Shown in pieces: positions 1-14,039 of a DNA stretch of 64,000 nt (position 1 is the first letter of the stretch; each line of letters opens with the position of its first letter). The notes beneath the pieces were generated by a model that was not told the DNA's origin, ran no database searches, and worked only from the letters and a program-made list of their open reading frames with translations. The translations under genes were made by a program, and so were the position numbers. The DNA comes from Malacoraja senta (lineage: Eukaryota): assembly GCA_038087875.1 (NCBI GenBank), contig JAXLNO010000213.1, positions 434,001-498,000 of the forward strand. The letters run 5' to 3'.

Positions 1-1592
<1,592 letters not shown>

Positions 1593-1864
1593 TGTTTTCT
1601 AAAATCCTACAATCTATTTCCCAGGACCACATAGATCTCCCAGACAAACAAAGCTTTTAATTGAGTTGTGTGCATGCATGATTACTATTTAGCCCATGAC
1701 CATCAGTTCCCTCCGTATCTAACCCAGCCTACATCTGCCGACTCGTTCACTAACGCAAAATGTAGAAATCTCCAGGATATGTTGGATGTTGCATTGGGAT
1801 AGGACAGATATAAATGAGAATATTGCTGGCTTAGATGAAACGGGAGATACAATTCCGCTGTAAC

Positions 1865-2796
1865 TTATTGCCTATAGTTTCTACATTGCTGTCCTTCCTT
1901 AACTCGTTTAAACATTATTCTCGGCAGATATTTCATCCCGCTCTTCAGTTCCTCTCTGAATTTAGACTGAGTTACCGCGTAAATACACGTGTTTGTGCAG
2001 CAACTCAAAAGCAGGAGCATGTAGCTGGTTTCGTCCACGATAAACAACGGGTCATTGAAACCGGTAAAATAAGACCGCTTTGTTATCTGTGTCCAGAGGA
2101 AACCTATAAAATACGTCATCCACAACATAATGAAGTTGCCCGAAATTGCAAAGAGCAAGATGATTGACTTTCTTCTGCTTTCCAGCTCGGTGTCATTCTG
2201 ACTCGCAGCATTCTTGCCGCCTCTCAGGTTCTTGCGGACTTGACTAGCCATTAAAATGTGCCAGACTGTTAGAGCGTTGAGGAATAATATCAGGAACATT
2301 GGAAGCACAGGGCTGAAACATCGGTGAATCCAGGTGAATGATATCCATGTAGGTTCATTGAAGAATTCTTGTTTTGTATTACAGCCCCATGCTACATTGT
2401 GTACTGATATACTAGGTTCAAATGCAAAGTACCAGGGGATGTTTTTGCAGCAGAACAGCGGACACACAGTTGCTATAACCCTGGCTGCTGTTTTCTCGGT
2501 GCAAAATCTAGATCGCAGTTTGTGACAACATATCATCAAATACCGATCAAATGTGAACGAGAGTGTTAACCACACGGACATGTCTGTGACTGCGTGGTTA
2601 AGGGCCCGGTGGAAGGAGCACACTTGAGTAATGAAGAGAAAAGTTGTGGGGAAATATAGATCATTGATACGATAAAGTAATACGTCAATTACAGCAACCA
2701 ACAGATCCGCCGCAGCCATGGCAACAAGATAGCGTGATACACATTTGGAGAGACCGCACTTTCCCCGGGACAGGATGACAATCGATATCACATTAG
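1865..2796 (-). CDS. GPR139-like: GPCR gene A, coding exon 2 (end of TM1 to C-terminus); class A GPR139/GPR142-like receptor; full CDS join(4624..4525,2796..1865), 343 aa
   Basis: Seven hydrophobic segments with AN (TM1), AMAAADL (TM2), FDRY (TM3), WIHR..P (TM5), LW (TM6), NTCIY (NPxxY variant) and FREEL (helix 8). A pyrimidine-rich tract and acceptor (ttcttcccgtaacacAG, AG at 2798-2797) give a phase-1 junction. TAA stop at 1867-1865. Confidence 0.92.
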
Positions 2797-2968
2797 CTGT
2801 GTTACGGGAAGAAACAAAAATCAACAAAGTGCATTAGCAGTGTAGGGTACAGGGTGCCCCACGTAACACGCGATTTCACATGAAGATTAGAGTTGAGCAT
2901 AGACATTCATGACAGGGCGAGTCGCAAACCGCCCCAGATTTTTAAAGGTTGGGCAACGAGAAAGAAAC

Positions 2969-3583
2969 GTTGTCAAAAAGGCACAACAGAGGATGTACTT
3001 CCTGCGGCAGCTGAGGAAGCACAATCTGCCACAGGCAATGATGGTCCAATTCTACACGGCCATCGTAGAGTCTGTTCTCACCTTCTCCATCATGGTCTGG
3101 TTTGACTCAGTCACCAAGCACGACATCCGGAGGCTGCAGCGATCGTCCGATCAGCAGAGAAGATTATTGGCTGCAACCTTCCCTCCATTGATGAACTATA
3201 CACTGCAAGGGCCAGGAAGCGAGCGGGCAAGATCACCTCTGACCCCTCTCACTCTGGCCACAAACTCTTTGAATCACGTCCCTCTGGAAGGCGACTCCGG
3301 ATTGACAAAGCTGCCACAGCCAGACATAAAAACTGTTTTTATCCACGAGTAGTTGCACTAATTAACAGCTAAAAATCTGTAGCCTCCCTTTGATCTGGTA
3401 TTTTGTTGGTTCACATGCTTGATCAATGGTGTTTTATCATTAATGTTTTATTATTATTAATGTTTAGTGTTTCTGAGTCATTCGTAACTGTCACTGTATG
3501 TCATGTTGCTACTTGTGGGCGGAGCACCAAGGCAAATTCCTTGTATGTGAATACTTGGCCAATAAACTTACTTACTTACTTAT
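2969..3583 (+). mobile_element. Rex1/Babar-type LINE 3' fragment in the intron of gene A
   Basis: KKAQQRMYFLRQLRKHNLPQAMMVQFYTAIVESVLTFSIMVWF, a 3' UTR with AATAAA and a (CTTA)n tail. Frameshifted. Confidence 0.85.
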
Positions 3584-4524
3584 TTCCACTGTTAGGACTG
3601 TCGCCAGTGTTGACGGGGAATGTAATCGCAATAGATGCGTGAATGAAAATAATGGTAAATTTACAATGAATTTACATTGCACCGTATTTTATCAGATCGC
3701 ATAAATATGGTGTACGCGGCAGGTGCAAATCTGTGATCTGTAAATGAAACGCGACGCCACGGCATTTCCTGGTAGCCGATAGTGAAATCAAATGCCATCT
3801 GATAAGATGTAATGATGACTGAAAATGTAGCCGTGAATTTGTACGTCTTTAACTCATTTACGCTTCCTTTTATTAACACGAAATGTGCATTTCTAACAGT
3901 AACAAATGCAGTTAATGCAACGAATTGCATCGGTGCAGTTAACTGCAATTATTTTCATCATTTTCTGTTTGACTGGAACGTCCGGCAGTAAATCAATAAA
4001 ATCAATTATTTTCAATTTATCGTTTCAATTCATCAGACATTCACCGCTCTTGTGCTTTGAATCTCGGTAACATCTCGCCAGTTATAAATTGTATAAATGT
4101 CTCATTTTCGCTATTGCTGTTTACAGAGATTTTGTGTACCTTCGATTTTCCAGCATCTGCAGTTCCTTCTTAAACACATTGTGAGGATATCGGGACCGCC
4201 ACACACGCACCTGAGATTCTGACCAGCTGATGAATTGAACCAATAAAGTAAATACAAAATATTTAATTGACTGCAGGAAGTTTCACACAAAACATTAATG
4301 AAATACATTAAATCATTTCAACCAACTGCAGCATTTGCTGTTGAAAATGTACATTTCATCTGACCGAAACGAGGTATTACTGAGTTCAGGCCGTCAGAAA
4401 CACGGCGATAGTCGTCTTTCAATGGATTGGACGACAGGGAAATCTAAACGCCACATATCTGCTAAGAATGGTGTATAAAAACAAGCTTATCGGGACGATT
4501 AATAACATAGATCCAATTACTTAC

Positions 4525-4624
4525 CAAGAATTCCAAGCACTGCTACAATCGGGTAATAAATCATTGCTGCCTGAACCAGGGAAGGCAGCAGAAAAAACGG
4601 ATAATCGGTGAATACAACTTTCAT
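4525..4624 (-). CDS. GPR139-like: GPCR gene A, coding exon 1 (MKVVFTDYPFFLLPSLVQAAMIYYPIVAVLGIL)
   Basis: ATG at 4624-4622, then 100 nt open, ending at a consensus G|GTAAGT donor. Phase 1 matches exon 2 (G+CT=Ala) and gives YYPIVAVLGILANVISIVIL, a complete TM1. Confidence 0.9.
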
Positions 4625-4839
4625 CCTGGGGAGCTGCGAGAGAGAAGCTCAATGTTCGATGCTGGAATGCAACTGACAGCGCGTTCTAGAGAAAAGCTTG
4701 ATATCTCTTAGAGATAGTCTTCCCATGGGATCAGGAAGACGAAAACAAGAACATTAACATTACTTCATGGTATGAACATCGCATTAGCAATACTTACAAT
4801 TATGATTTCACCACACGATATTTAACAGCTAAATAAAGG

Positions 4840-6665
4840 GGGTGGCGGTGTCAAATGGGATAGTCAAGGACGGATTTGAAGGGAAAGAGAGTAAAGGGAT
4901 AGTTAATGACCCCAGAATTAACGGGAAAGAAAGCTGACAAAGGGATAGGTGAGTATGGCTAAATGTAATAGGGATCGATGTGAAAGGTGAGACGCGTAAG
5001 GAATTAAACTTCTTGTATATGAATGCGCGAAGTATAAGAAGTAAAGTCGATGAGTTTGAGGCTCAGTTAGAGGTTGGTAGATATGACATTGTGAGGATTA
5101 CTGAGAAGTGGCTGCAGGAGGATCGGGCCTGGGAACTTAATATTCAGAGTTATACACCATATATAAATGATAGGCAGGTGGGCAGAGGAGGGTGGTAGCT
5201 CTGCTTGTGAGGGATGGAATTCAGTCCCTTGCAAAGGAAGACATAGGGACTGACGAGGCAGAGTCACTGTGGATTGAGTTGAGTAATTGTAAAGACAAGA
5301 AGACACAAATTGGTGTTATCTACAGACCCCCAAATAGTAGCCCGGATGTAACGTGTCAGTTGCAGCAAGAGTTAAACCTGGCATGTAACAAAGGTAATGC
5401 AACTGTGGTGATGGTGATTCCAATATGCAGGTAGACTGGGAAATTCAGTTTTGTTCAGAACCCCAAGAAAGAGAGTTTGTAGAATGCCTCCGAGATGGAT
5501 TCTTAGAGCAGTTTGTAATGGAACCGTTCAGAGAAAAGGCAATTCTGGATTTAGTGTTGTCTAATAAACCAGATATGATAGGAGAACTCGAGGTAAATGA
5601 ACCGCTTGGAGGCTGTGATCATAATATAATTAGTTTTAATATGCAATTTGAGAAAGAGAAGGTTAAATCGGAAATGTCTCTGATGCAGTTGAACAAAGGG
5701 GACTATGAAGGCATGAGAGGGGAGCTGGCCAAGGTAGACTGGAAAGGGATGCTAGCAGGAATGACGGTGGAAAAGCAATGGCAGGAATTTCTGGGCATAA
5801 TCCGGAAGACGCAGGATCATTTCATTCCAAAATGAAGAAAGATTCTAAGGGGAGTAGGAGACAACCGTGGCTGGCAAGAGAAGTTAGGGATAGAATAAAA
5901 CTAAAAGAAAAGGTCTATGGCACTGCAAAGAGTAGCCGCAAGTCAGAAGCTTGGGAAACTTTCATAGGACAACAGAAGGAAACTAAACGTGCAATACGGG
6001 CTGAAAAGATGAAGTACGAGGGGAAGCTGGCCAGGAATATAAGGAAGGACAGTAAAACTTCCTTAGATATGTTAAGGGGAAAAGAGTAGCAAAGTCAAAT
6101 GAAGGCAGACACGGGTGAAATTATTATGGGGAACACGGAAATGACAGAAGAGTTGAACAGGTACTTCGAATCTGTCTTCACTAAGGAAGACACAAGGAAT
6201 CTCCCAGATGTAGTGGAGGACAGAGGATCTAAGGGGTAGAGGAACTGAAATACATTTTCATTAGGCGAGAAATAGTATTGGGTAGGCTAATGCCACTGAA
6301 GGATGATAAATCCCCTGGGCCTGATGGTCTGCATTCCAGGGTCCTCAGGGAGGTGGCTCTAGAAATAGTGGACGCATTGGTGATCATTTTCCAATGTTCA
6401 ATAGATTCGGGATCAGTTTCCTGTGGATTGGAGGATAGCTAATGTTATCACACAGAGGGCAGTGGATGCCAAATCCCTGGATGGATTTAAGATATAGTTA
6501 GATAGATTTCTGGGGGCTAGTGGAATCAAGCAATATGGGGAGAAGGCAGGCACGAGTTATTTATTGGGGACGATCAGCTACGATTACAATGAATGGCGGT
6601 GCTGGCTCGAAGGGCCGAATATCCTCCTCCTGCACCTATTTTCTATGTTTCTACGTATCTATGTT
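4840..6665 (+). mobile_element. CR1-type LINE, internally deleted (APE endonuclease region fused to the 3' end), just upstream of gene A and antisense to it
   Basis: LYMNARSIRSK, ITE.WL, GVIYRPP, LDLVLSN, DHN, KSPGPDG. Jumps to the 3' end at ~6450; (TTTCTATG)-like tail. Confidence 0.88.
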
Positions 6666-6879
6666 TCAAAGCTTGTCCCATTTGTCAGCTTTTGGACTAC
6701 ATCTGTCCCAACATTTGTTCGCCATTTACCTTTCGGAATTAGTATGTTTTCGGAGTTGCTGCGGTAGCTGCCTCTACAATGGCATTTGACGAGCAGTCGT
6801 GTCTGCTTGGTGGGTCTGCGGGGTCTAGTGGAGTGGGACCTGTGTGTGGCCGAGGACCAGACGGTATCCGTGTTGAGGA

Positions 6880-7320
6880 GCAGGCGTGTCTGGCATGAGA
6901 GGCAGATGTAATTGAAGAGAGCCAGCTGTGTCTGGCAGAGGGACCGCCGTGTCTGGCAGAGGGACCGCCGTGCCTGGCCGAAGTCTAGGGGTGTGTGGAG
7001 GAGAGGCAGACGTGTCTCGCGGAAGGGCAGACAAATGTGGAGGAGAGGCTGATGTGTCTGGCGGAAGGGCAGACAAATGTGGAGGAGAGGCTGACGTGTC
7101 TGGCGGAGAGTCGGACGTGTCTGACTGCGAGAGATAATTATTCGGCGGTGGGGCACGTGTTTGACGGATGGGGAAGGTGTCTAGCAGAGGGACATACGTG
7201 TCTGGAGAAGGGGGTCACTTGTCTGGCTGGATGACAGGCGTGCCTCGTTGAGGCGAGGACATGTCTGCCGGAGGGGAGGATGTGCCATGTGCCGGAGGGT
7301 CGTGTCTGGCGGGTGGGTTA
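6880..7320 (+). repeat. Diverged GTGTCTGGC-core tandem repeat including three ~39-bp units (paralog ~57235-57610)
   Basis: Repeated gtgtctggcggaagggcagacaaatgtggaggagaggctga. Confidence 0.75.
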
Positions 7321-7679
7321 TGGGTAAAACACGTATACGACATATACAGCGTTGCTCCTGCACCCCCACAATATCCCAGAGTGAAGGTTCCCATGCGATC
7401 CGCCAATTCCTTCGTGGACACCACTCGCCCCCCCCCCCCCCACACACACTTCATCGCTCCGTGACTGAAGCGGCAGTGTGTCCAACGCGACGGGGCTTCG
7501 CCACCTCGGGACGGGACGGTGCTACAGTATTTTCCAAGCAGGTGATCGATTGAGGATGGGTTCACTCTCCCGATGGGAGCTGCTTTGGGACTGGCGATTG
7601 TCTACTGCTGAGTCCTGCGGTGTATCGGAGTGGGTTTTGTGTGCACAGCGTTCCGGGTCCGAGGGGTTGAAATACCGTG

Positions 7680-8170
7680 GCTTGGTTTGGATTACACTGG
7701 TTCCCGCGTGCTGGAAAGGGAGTGTGGATTACACATGGTCCTGGACCTGCGGGACAGGTTACACAAATAATCAGGTCCCGAGACGGAATGTCCATTACAC
7801 AGGGTCACGTGTGCAGGAAAGGTGGTGTGGATTACCTCTGGTCCATGACCTGGGGTGCTGATTAAACAAGGAGCCGCGTCCTGTGACGGGATTGTTGACT
7901 ACACAGGGGCCCGGGTGCTGGGGCGGGTGTGTGTAATACACAGGGCCCAGGGTGCTGGAATGGTGGTGTGGATTACACATGGCCCTGGACCTGGGGTGTA
8001 GATTTCACACCTAACCATGTCCAGATACGGGAGTGTGGATTACAAAGGTCCCGGGTACTAGACCGGGGTGTGGATTACACATGGTCCTCGATCTGGGATG
8101 CTGATTACGCAAGGACCCGATTAAACAGTGTCCTGGATCCCGGGACGGTGGTTTGGATTACACATAGCTC
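7680..8170 (+). repeat. Old, degenerate GTGGATTACAC-core minisatellite (paralog ~57970-58450)
   Basis: Recurrent gtggattacac...gtcc...gg motifs at roughly 30-bp multiples. Confidence 0.7.
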
Positions 8171-8362
8171 CAGGCTAGTCTATGATGTTTGCACCGTGTC
8201 CTAGGACGAGGTTTGTTCGGTACCCATGTCCCTGCACTGCCCAGCGTCCTGGAATCTGGGGTGTGATCATAAAGGGTTCTGGGACGGAGGTTTTGGATCA
8301 AAAAGCAGCGCCCAGCTCGGTGGCGCGGATTCACTACGTCCTCAGACAAATCATATTGATTA

Positions 8363-8778
8363 TTAAGTAAGTAAGTAAGTACGTTTATTGGCCAAGTATT
8401 CACATACAAGGAATTTGCCTTGATGCTGCGCCCACAAGTAACAATATGACAAACAGTGACAGTTACGAATGACTCACAAAACACTAAACATTAATAATAG
8501 TAAAACATTAATGATAAAACACCATTGATCAAGCATGTGAACCAATAAAATACCAGATCAAAGGGAGGCTACAGATTTTTGGCTGCTGAGTACAGCAACT
8601 ACTCGTGGATAAAAACGTTTAATGTCTGGCTGTGGCAGCTTTGACCATCCGGAGTCACCTTCCAGAGGGAAGTGATTGAAAGAGTTTGTGGCCAGGGTGC
8701 GACGGGTCAGAGATGATCTTGCTCGCTCGCTTCCTGGTCCTTGCAGTGTACAGTTCATCAATGGAGGGAAGGTTACAA
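8363..8778 (-). mobile_element. Rex1/Babar LINE 3' fragment (paralog 58649-59056)
   Basis: NLPSIDELYTARTRKRASKIISDPSHPGHKLFQSLPSGR with a (CTTA)n tail. Confidence 0.85.
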
Positions 8779-9214
8779 ATGGTTATGGAGCACACAGTGT
8801 TCTGGGTCCTGGGATGGGGTTGTAGATTACACAGATTGATGTGGCGACGTGTGTGGATTGAAAGAAAATATCCTGAACTAAACAGTGCCCGCGTCATGGC
8901 ACAGGAGTGTGGATTACACTGTGTCCAAGCCGTAGAGTGGCAGTGAATATTACGCCGGGTCAGGGTTCTGTGTTCTGGGATTACAGATGGTGTCACTGAT
9001 TGCACATGGTTTTCAATCGCGGGACGGGTTGTTAGGTTACACGTGGCCCTGGGTTCTGGTGTGTCAATGCATGTTTCAGGGTTCTGGGATGTCGATAAAA
9101 CAGAGCCCTGGGACGACGAAGTGTGGACCAGACTGAGAACCGGGCCGGAGATTTTTGGATTACATAGGGGTTGTGTCCCGGGTCGGCGGGTGTGGGTCAC
9201 ACAGGATCCTTAGA

Positions 9215-10017
9215 CGGGCGGTGGGTGTGTATAACACAGTGTCCTGGGCGGTGGGTGTGGATAACAATGTGTCCTGGGCGGGGGGTGTGGAATACACAGT
9301 GTCGCGGGCGGGGGATGTGGATTACACAGTGTGGTGGGCGGGGTGTGTGGAATACACAGTGTCGCGGGCGGGGGATGTGGATTACACAGTGTCCAGGGCG
9401 GGGGATGGTGATTACACAGTGTCGTGGGCGGGTGGGGGACGTGGAATACACAGTGTCGTGGGCGAGCGGGGGATGTGGAATACACAATGTCGTGGGCGGG
9501 CGGGGGATGTGGATTACACAGTGTCCAGGGCGTGGGCTGTGGATTACACAGTGTCCAGGGCGGGTGATGTGGATTACACAGTGTCCAGGGCGGGGGATGT
9601 GGAATACACAGTGTCCAGAGCGTGTGATGTGGAATACACAGTGTCGTGGGCGGGGGATGTGTATTACACAGTGTCCAAGGCGGGGGATGTGGATTGCACA
9701 GTGTCCAGGGCGGGTGATGTGGAATACACAGTGTCCAGGGCGGGGGGTGTGGAATACACAGTGTCCAGAGCGGGTGATGTGGATTACACAGTGTCGTGGG
9801 CGGGCGGGGTGGGGAGGATACACAGTGTCCAGGGCGGGGGATGTGGATTACACAGTGTCCTGGGCGGACGGGGAAGATGTGGATTACATAGCGTCCAAGG
9901 CGGGTGATGTGGAATACACTGTGTCCAGGGCGGGGGATGTGGATTAGACAGTGTCCTGGGTGGGCGGGGGGATGTGGATTACACAGTGTCATTGCCGGGC
10001 GGGGGTGTGGAGTACAC
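9215..10017 (+). repeat. 30/34-bp GC-rich minisatellite, consensus GTGGATTACACAGTGTCCAGGGCGGGGGAT
   Basis: About 25 tandem units seen directly. Confidence 0.95.
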
Positions 10018-10130
10018 CACAGCACAGGAAAAGGCATTTCGGCCCATAATATCTGGGCCGATCATGATGTCAAGTTAAATTAGTGTCACCTGCTTACACA
10101 TGATGCATATCCCTCAGGTATTTGTATAGA

Positions 10131-12135
10131 CACGTGCCTATAGGAACACCTCATAAACTCCATGATACTAACATCCTGCACCACTAATATTAAACACCCT
10201 CTGTGTGAAGAATCGTGGCCCGCACATTTCAGTTGAACTTTGCTCTCTTCCGTCAAACCCATGCCTTCTAGCCTTTGTATTTTCATCAATATGCTAAACC
10301 TATAACGCCCTCTCCAAATGCTTCACACCCTGCAGCGGAGAGCAGATCAGAACTCAGTGGGTCAGGCAGCATTTGTGGTGGGGATAGACAGGCGTTTGTT
10401 GTTTCCTGATAGGTCCTTTCCCAAGACCTCTTCGTGGTCCCGACACAAAACGCCGTCTGTCCATTCCCTGCACAGGTGCAGCCCGACCCGCGGATTTCCT
10501 CCATCAATATATGTTTTCCTCGCATTGATTATTCCGCTTCAGATTTACGACGGCAACTGTAACGCAGTCAGATATGGTGAGATATTCAACCGTGCAAATG
10601 AAGCATAAGACGGAATAGGAGGGAAAGGTGTAGGACATATGACAATAGACAACAGACAATAGACAATAGGTGTAGGAGTAGGCCATTCGGCCCTTCGAGC
10701 CAGCACCGCCAGTCAATGAGATCATGGCTGATCATCCCCAATCAGTACCCGGTTCCTGCCTTCTCCCCATATCCCCTGACTCCGCTATCTTTAAGAGCCC
10801 TATCTAGCTCTCTCTTGAAAGCATCCAGAGAACCTGCCTCTGATGCAGAGAATTCCACAGACTCACAACTCTCTATGAGAAAAAGTGTTTTCTCATCTCC
10901 GCTCTAAATGACTTACCCATTATTTTTAAATTGTGTCCCCTGGTTCTGGACTCCCCCAACATCGGGAACATGTTTCCTGCCTCTAGCGTGTCCAAACCCT
11001 TGACAATCTTACATGTTTCTTTCAGATCCTCTCTCATCCTTCTAAATTCCAGTGTGTACAAGCCCAGCCGCTCCATTCTCTCAGCATATGACAGTCCAGC
11101 GATCCCGGGAATTAACCTTGTAAACCTACGCTGCACTCCCTCAATAGCAAGAATGTCCTTCCTCAAATTAGGGGACCAAAACTGCACACAATACTTCAGG
11201 TGTGGTCTCACTAGGGCCCTGTACAACTGCAGAAGCTCCTCTTTGTTGTTATGAAGGCCAACATCCCATTCGCTTTCTTCACCGCCTGCTGTACCTGCCT
11301 GCTTACTTTCATTGACTGATGAACAAGGACGCCCAGATCCCGTTGTACTTCCCTTTTCCCAACGACGCCATGAAGATAGTAATCTGCTTTCCTGTTTTTG
11401 CTACCAAAGTGAATAAACTCACATTTATCCACATTAAACTCTATGTGCCATACTTCTGCGCACTTCCCCAACCTGTCCATGTCACCCTGCATTCTCATAG
11501 CATCCTCCTCACAGTTCACACTGCCACCCATCTTTGTGTCATCTGCAAATTTGCTTATGTTACTTTGAATCCCTTCATCCAAATCATTGATGTATATTGT
11601 AAATAGCTGCGGTCCCAGCACTGAGCCTTGCGGTACCCCACTAGTCACTGCCTGCCATTCTGAAAGGGACCCGTTAATCCCTACTCTTGTTTCCTGTCTG
11701 CCAACCACTTCTCTATCCATGTCAGCACTCTACCCCCAATATCATGTGCCCTAATTTTGCCCACTAATCTCCTATGTGGGACCTTACTTCCTCGATGAAA
11801 ATAAGAATTAACGATTTCCAATGAAAAAATGACCCATGGCACTGTGTTATTTCACTTAATGTTGCTGTGATTTCGCTGAATTCCTCCAGGTCTCCAGACT
11901 GAATTATAAATGTATCTAAACTACCAGCACTGAATCTTCCGGTACATGCAAACCAATCTCCCACTGCAACTTTCCATATTTTATTCTGAAAATAAAGTAT
12001 TGTTTATTTCTGTCCAAGGTCCAATAGGATCAATAGACAACAGACAATAGTCGTCATTCAATGCGATCAAGGCTGATCATCCCCAATCAGTACCCCGTTC
12101 GTGCCTTCTCCCCATATCCCCTGACTCCGCTATCT
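10131..12135 (+). pseudogene. Empty (deleted) paralog of the gene C locus: both flanks kept, gene replaced by a CR1 fragment
   Basis: 10131-10644 matches 22916-23448 and 11784-12135 matches 27312-27690. The 3.86 kb between them, which holds all of gene C, is absent. Confidence 0.8.
10645..11783 (-). mobile_element. CR1-type LINE 3' portion (RT domain plus tail)
   Basis: SGVPQGSVLGPQLFTIYINDLD, KFADDTK, RPHLKYCVQFWSP, and a (TTGTCTA)n tail. Confidence 0.9.
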
Positions 12136-13102
12136 TTAAGAGCCTTATTGGCTCTCTCTTGAAAGTATCCAGAGAACCGGCCTCAACCGCTCTCCGAGGC
12201 AGCGAATTTTACAGACTTACAACTCTCTGCGTGAAAAAAGTGTTTCCTCATCTCCGTTCTAAATGGCTTACCACTTATTCTTAAAGTGCGGCCCCAGGTT
12301 CTGGACTCCCCCAACATCGGGAACACGTTTACTGCCTCTAGCGCATGCAAACACTTAATAATCTTATGTTTCAATAAGATTCATGGAATGTCATTGCCCC
12401 TCATGACTCTGGTTACATATGTTAATGTATTATATCATAACAAACAACCAACTGCATTGGGTGGTTTATGCCAAAGTTAAATACTAAATGCTGGAATTGA
12501 TCAGCGAGCCAATGTATGGGAATAAAAATATAATATTACTTCTCTGTTTATATTCCCCTTTTATTTCGGAAAGATGGAAAAACAACAGGCTTCTCTTTCT
12601 GCAAGCGATTGCGCTCCGACTTGGATATTTATAAGACAATTTTACCGGACCATTGTATTCTAATGTCATATGAAACTGAAACAAGCACTCGGCCCACATG
12701 ACCACACATTTATCGTCTGCCTTTCTAAACTATTCACATTTACCTATGCCATCCGTAGTCCTCACTGCCTTGACCAATAGGCAATAAACAAAAGACAATA
12801 GGTGCAGGAGTAGACCATTTGGCCCTTCGATCCGGCACCACCATTCAATGTGATCATGGCTGATCATCCCCAATCAGTACCCCGTTCCTGCCTTCTTCCC
12901 ATGTCCCCTGACTCCTCTATCTTTAAGAGCCCTATCTAGCTCTCTCTTGAAAGTATCCAGAGAACCGTCCTCCACCGCCCACTGAGGCAGAGAATTCCAC
13001 AGACTCACCACTCTCTGGGTGAAAAAGTGTTTCCTCGTCTCCGTTCTAAATGGCTTACCTCTTATTCTTAAACTGTCCGTGGCCCCTGGTTCTGGACTCC
13101 CC
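12030..13102 (-). mobile_element. Two short CR1 3' fragments (12030-12380, 12775-13102)
   Basis: Same 3' UTR and tail as the 10645 element. Confidence 0.8.
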
Positions 13103-13267
13103 GTTCACCTAAAGTATTAGTCTCAGTACTTCTTAAATGTGGTGACAGTCACTGCGACCACCATCCTCTCAGGAATTGCACTGGCCCCGTAGCAGAAGCG
13201 TCCACGTCGCGGGGCTGGAAACTGGAAGTATCCCGAGCTAGTTCTGCTACCACCATCATCATCTTTC

Positions 13268-13888
13268 GACTCCACGGTCAAAAAGGCACAACAGATGATG
13301 TACTTCCTACGGCAGCTGAGGAAGCACAATCTGCCACAGTCATTGATGGTCCAATTCTACACGTCCATCGTAGAGTCTGTTCTCACCTTCTCCATCATGG
13401 TCTGGTTTGGCTCAGCCACCAAGCAGGACACCTGGAGGCTGCAGCGAATCATCCGATCAGCTGAGAAGGTTATTGGCTGGAACCTTCCCTCCATTGATGA
13501 ACTGTACACTGCAAGGGCCAGGAAGTGAGCGGGCAAGATCATCTCTGACCCCTCTCACCCTGGCCACAAACACTTTGAATCACTTCCTTCTGGAAGGCGA
13601 CTCCGGATTGTCAAAGCTGCCACCAGCCAGATATAAAAACTGTTTTTATCCACGAGTAGTTGCTCTACTCAACAGCCAAAACTCTGTAGCCTCCCTTTGA
13701 TCTGGTATTTTGTTGGTTCACATGCTTGATCAATGGTGTTTTATTATTAATGTTTTATTATTATTAATGTTTAGCGTTTTCTGAGTGATCCGTAACTGTC
13801 ACTGTATGTCATGTTGTTACTTGTGGGCGGAGCACCAAGGCAAATTCCTTGTATGTGAACACTTGGCCAATAAAATTACTTACTTACC
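13268..13888 (+). mobile_element. Rex1/Babar LINE 3' fragment
   Basis: MYFLRQLRKHNLPQSLMVQFYTSIVESVLTFSIMVWFGS with a (TTAC)n tail. Confidence 0.85.
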
Positions 13889-14039
13889 TATTGCAACAAG
13901 TGGTGGCTGCCACTGATTGTCGCCGGATGCTTGCGTCCTTTTCAGGACCGAAATGACAGCGAGGTCAACATTTGTAGCAAGATGGACTCGAAAGGAAGAC
14001 GGAATTGCACTCCAAATGGCATCACACTCTCCATCAATT

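Noticed and set aside
1835..2167. 110-aa plus-strand ORF conserved at 51940-52272
   Set aside because: Antisense shadow of the GPCR CDS; the conservation is explained by the duplication.
2797..2827. Single-exon reading of the GPCR ORFs from non-ATG starts (also 25186-25246 and 52902-52932)
   Set aside because: These N-terminal extensions are intron/acceptor sequence. ATG-initiated first exons that complete TM1 lie 1.7-2.0 kb upstream.
9155..10037. Long ORFs in four frames and a CRISPR-like look of the 30-bp repeat
   Set aside because: Contiguous tandem units with no unique spacers and no cas genes; the ORFs arise from a stop-poor minisatellite.
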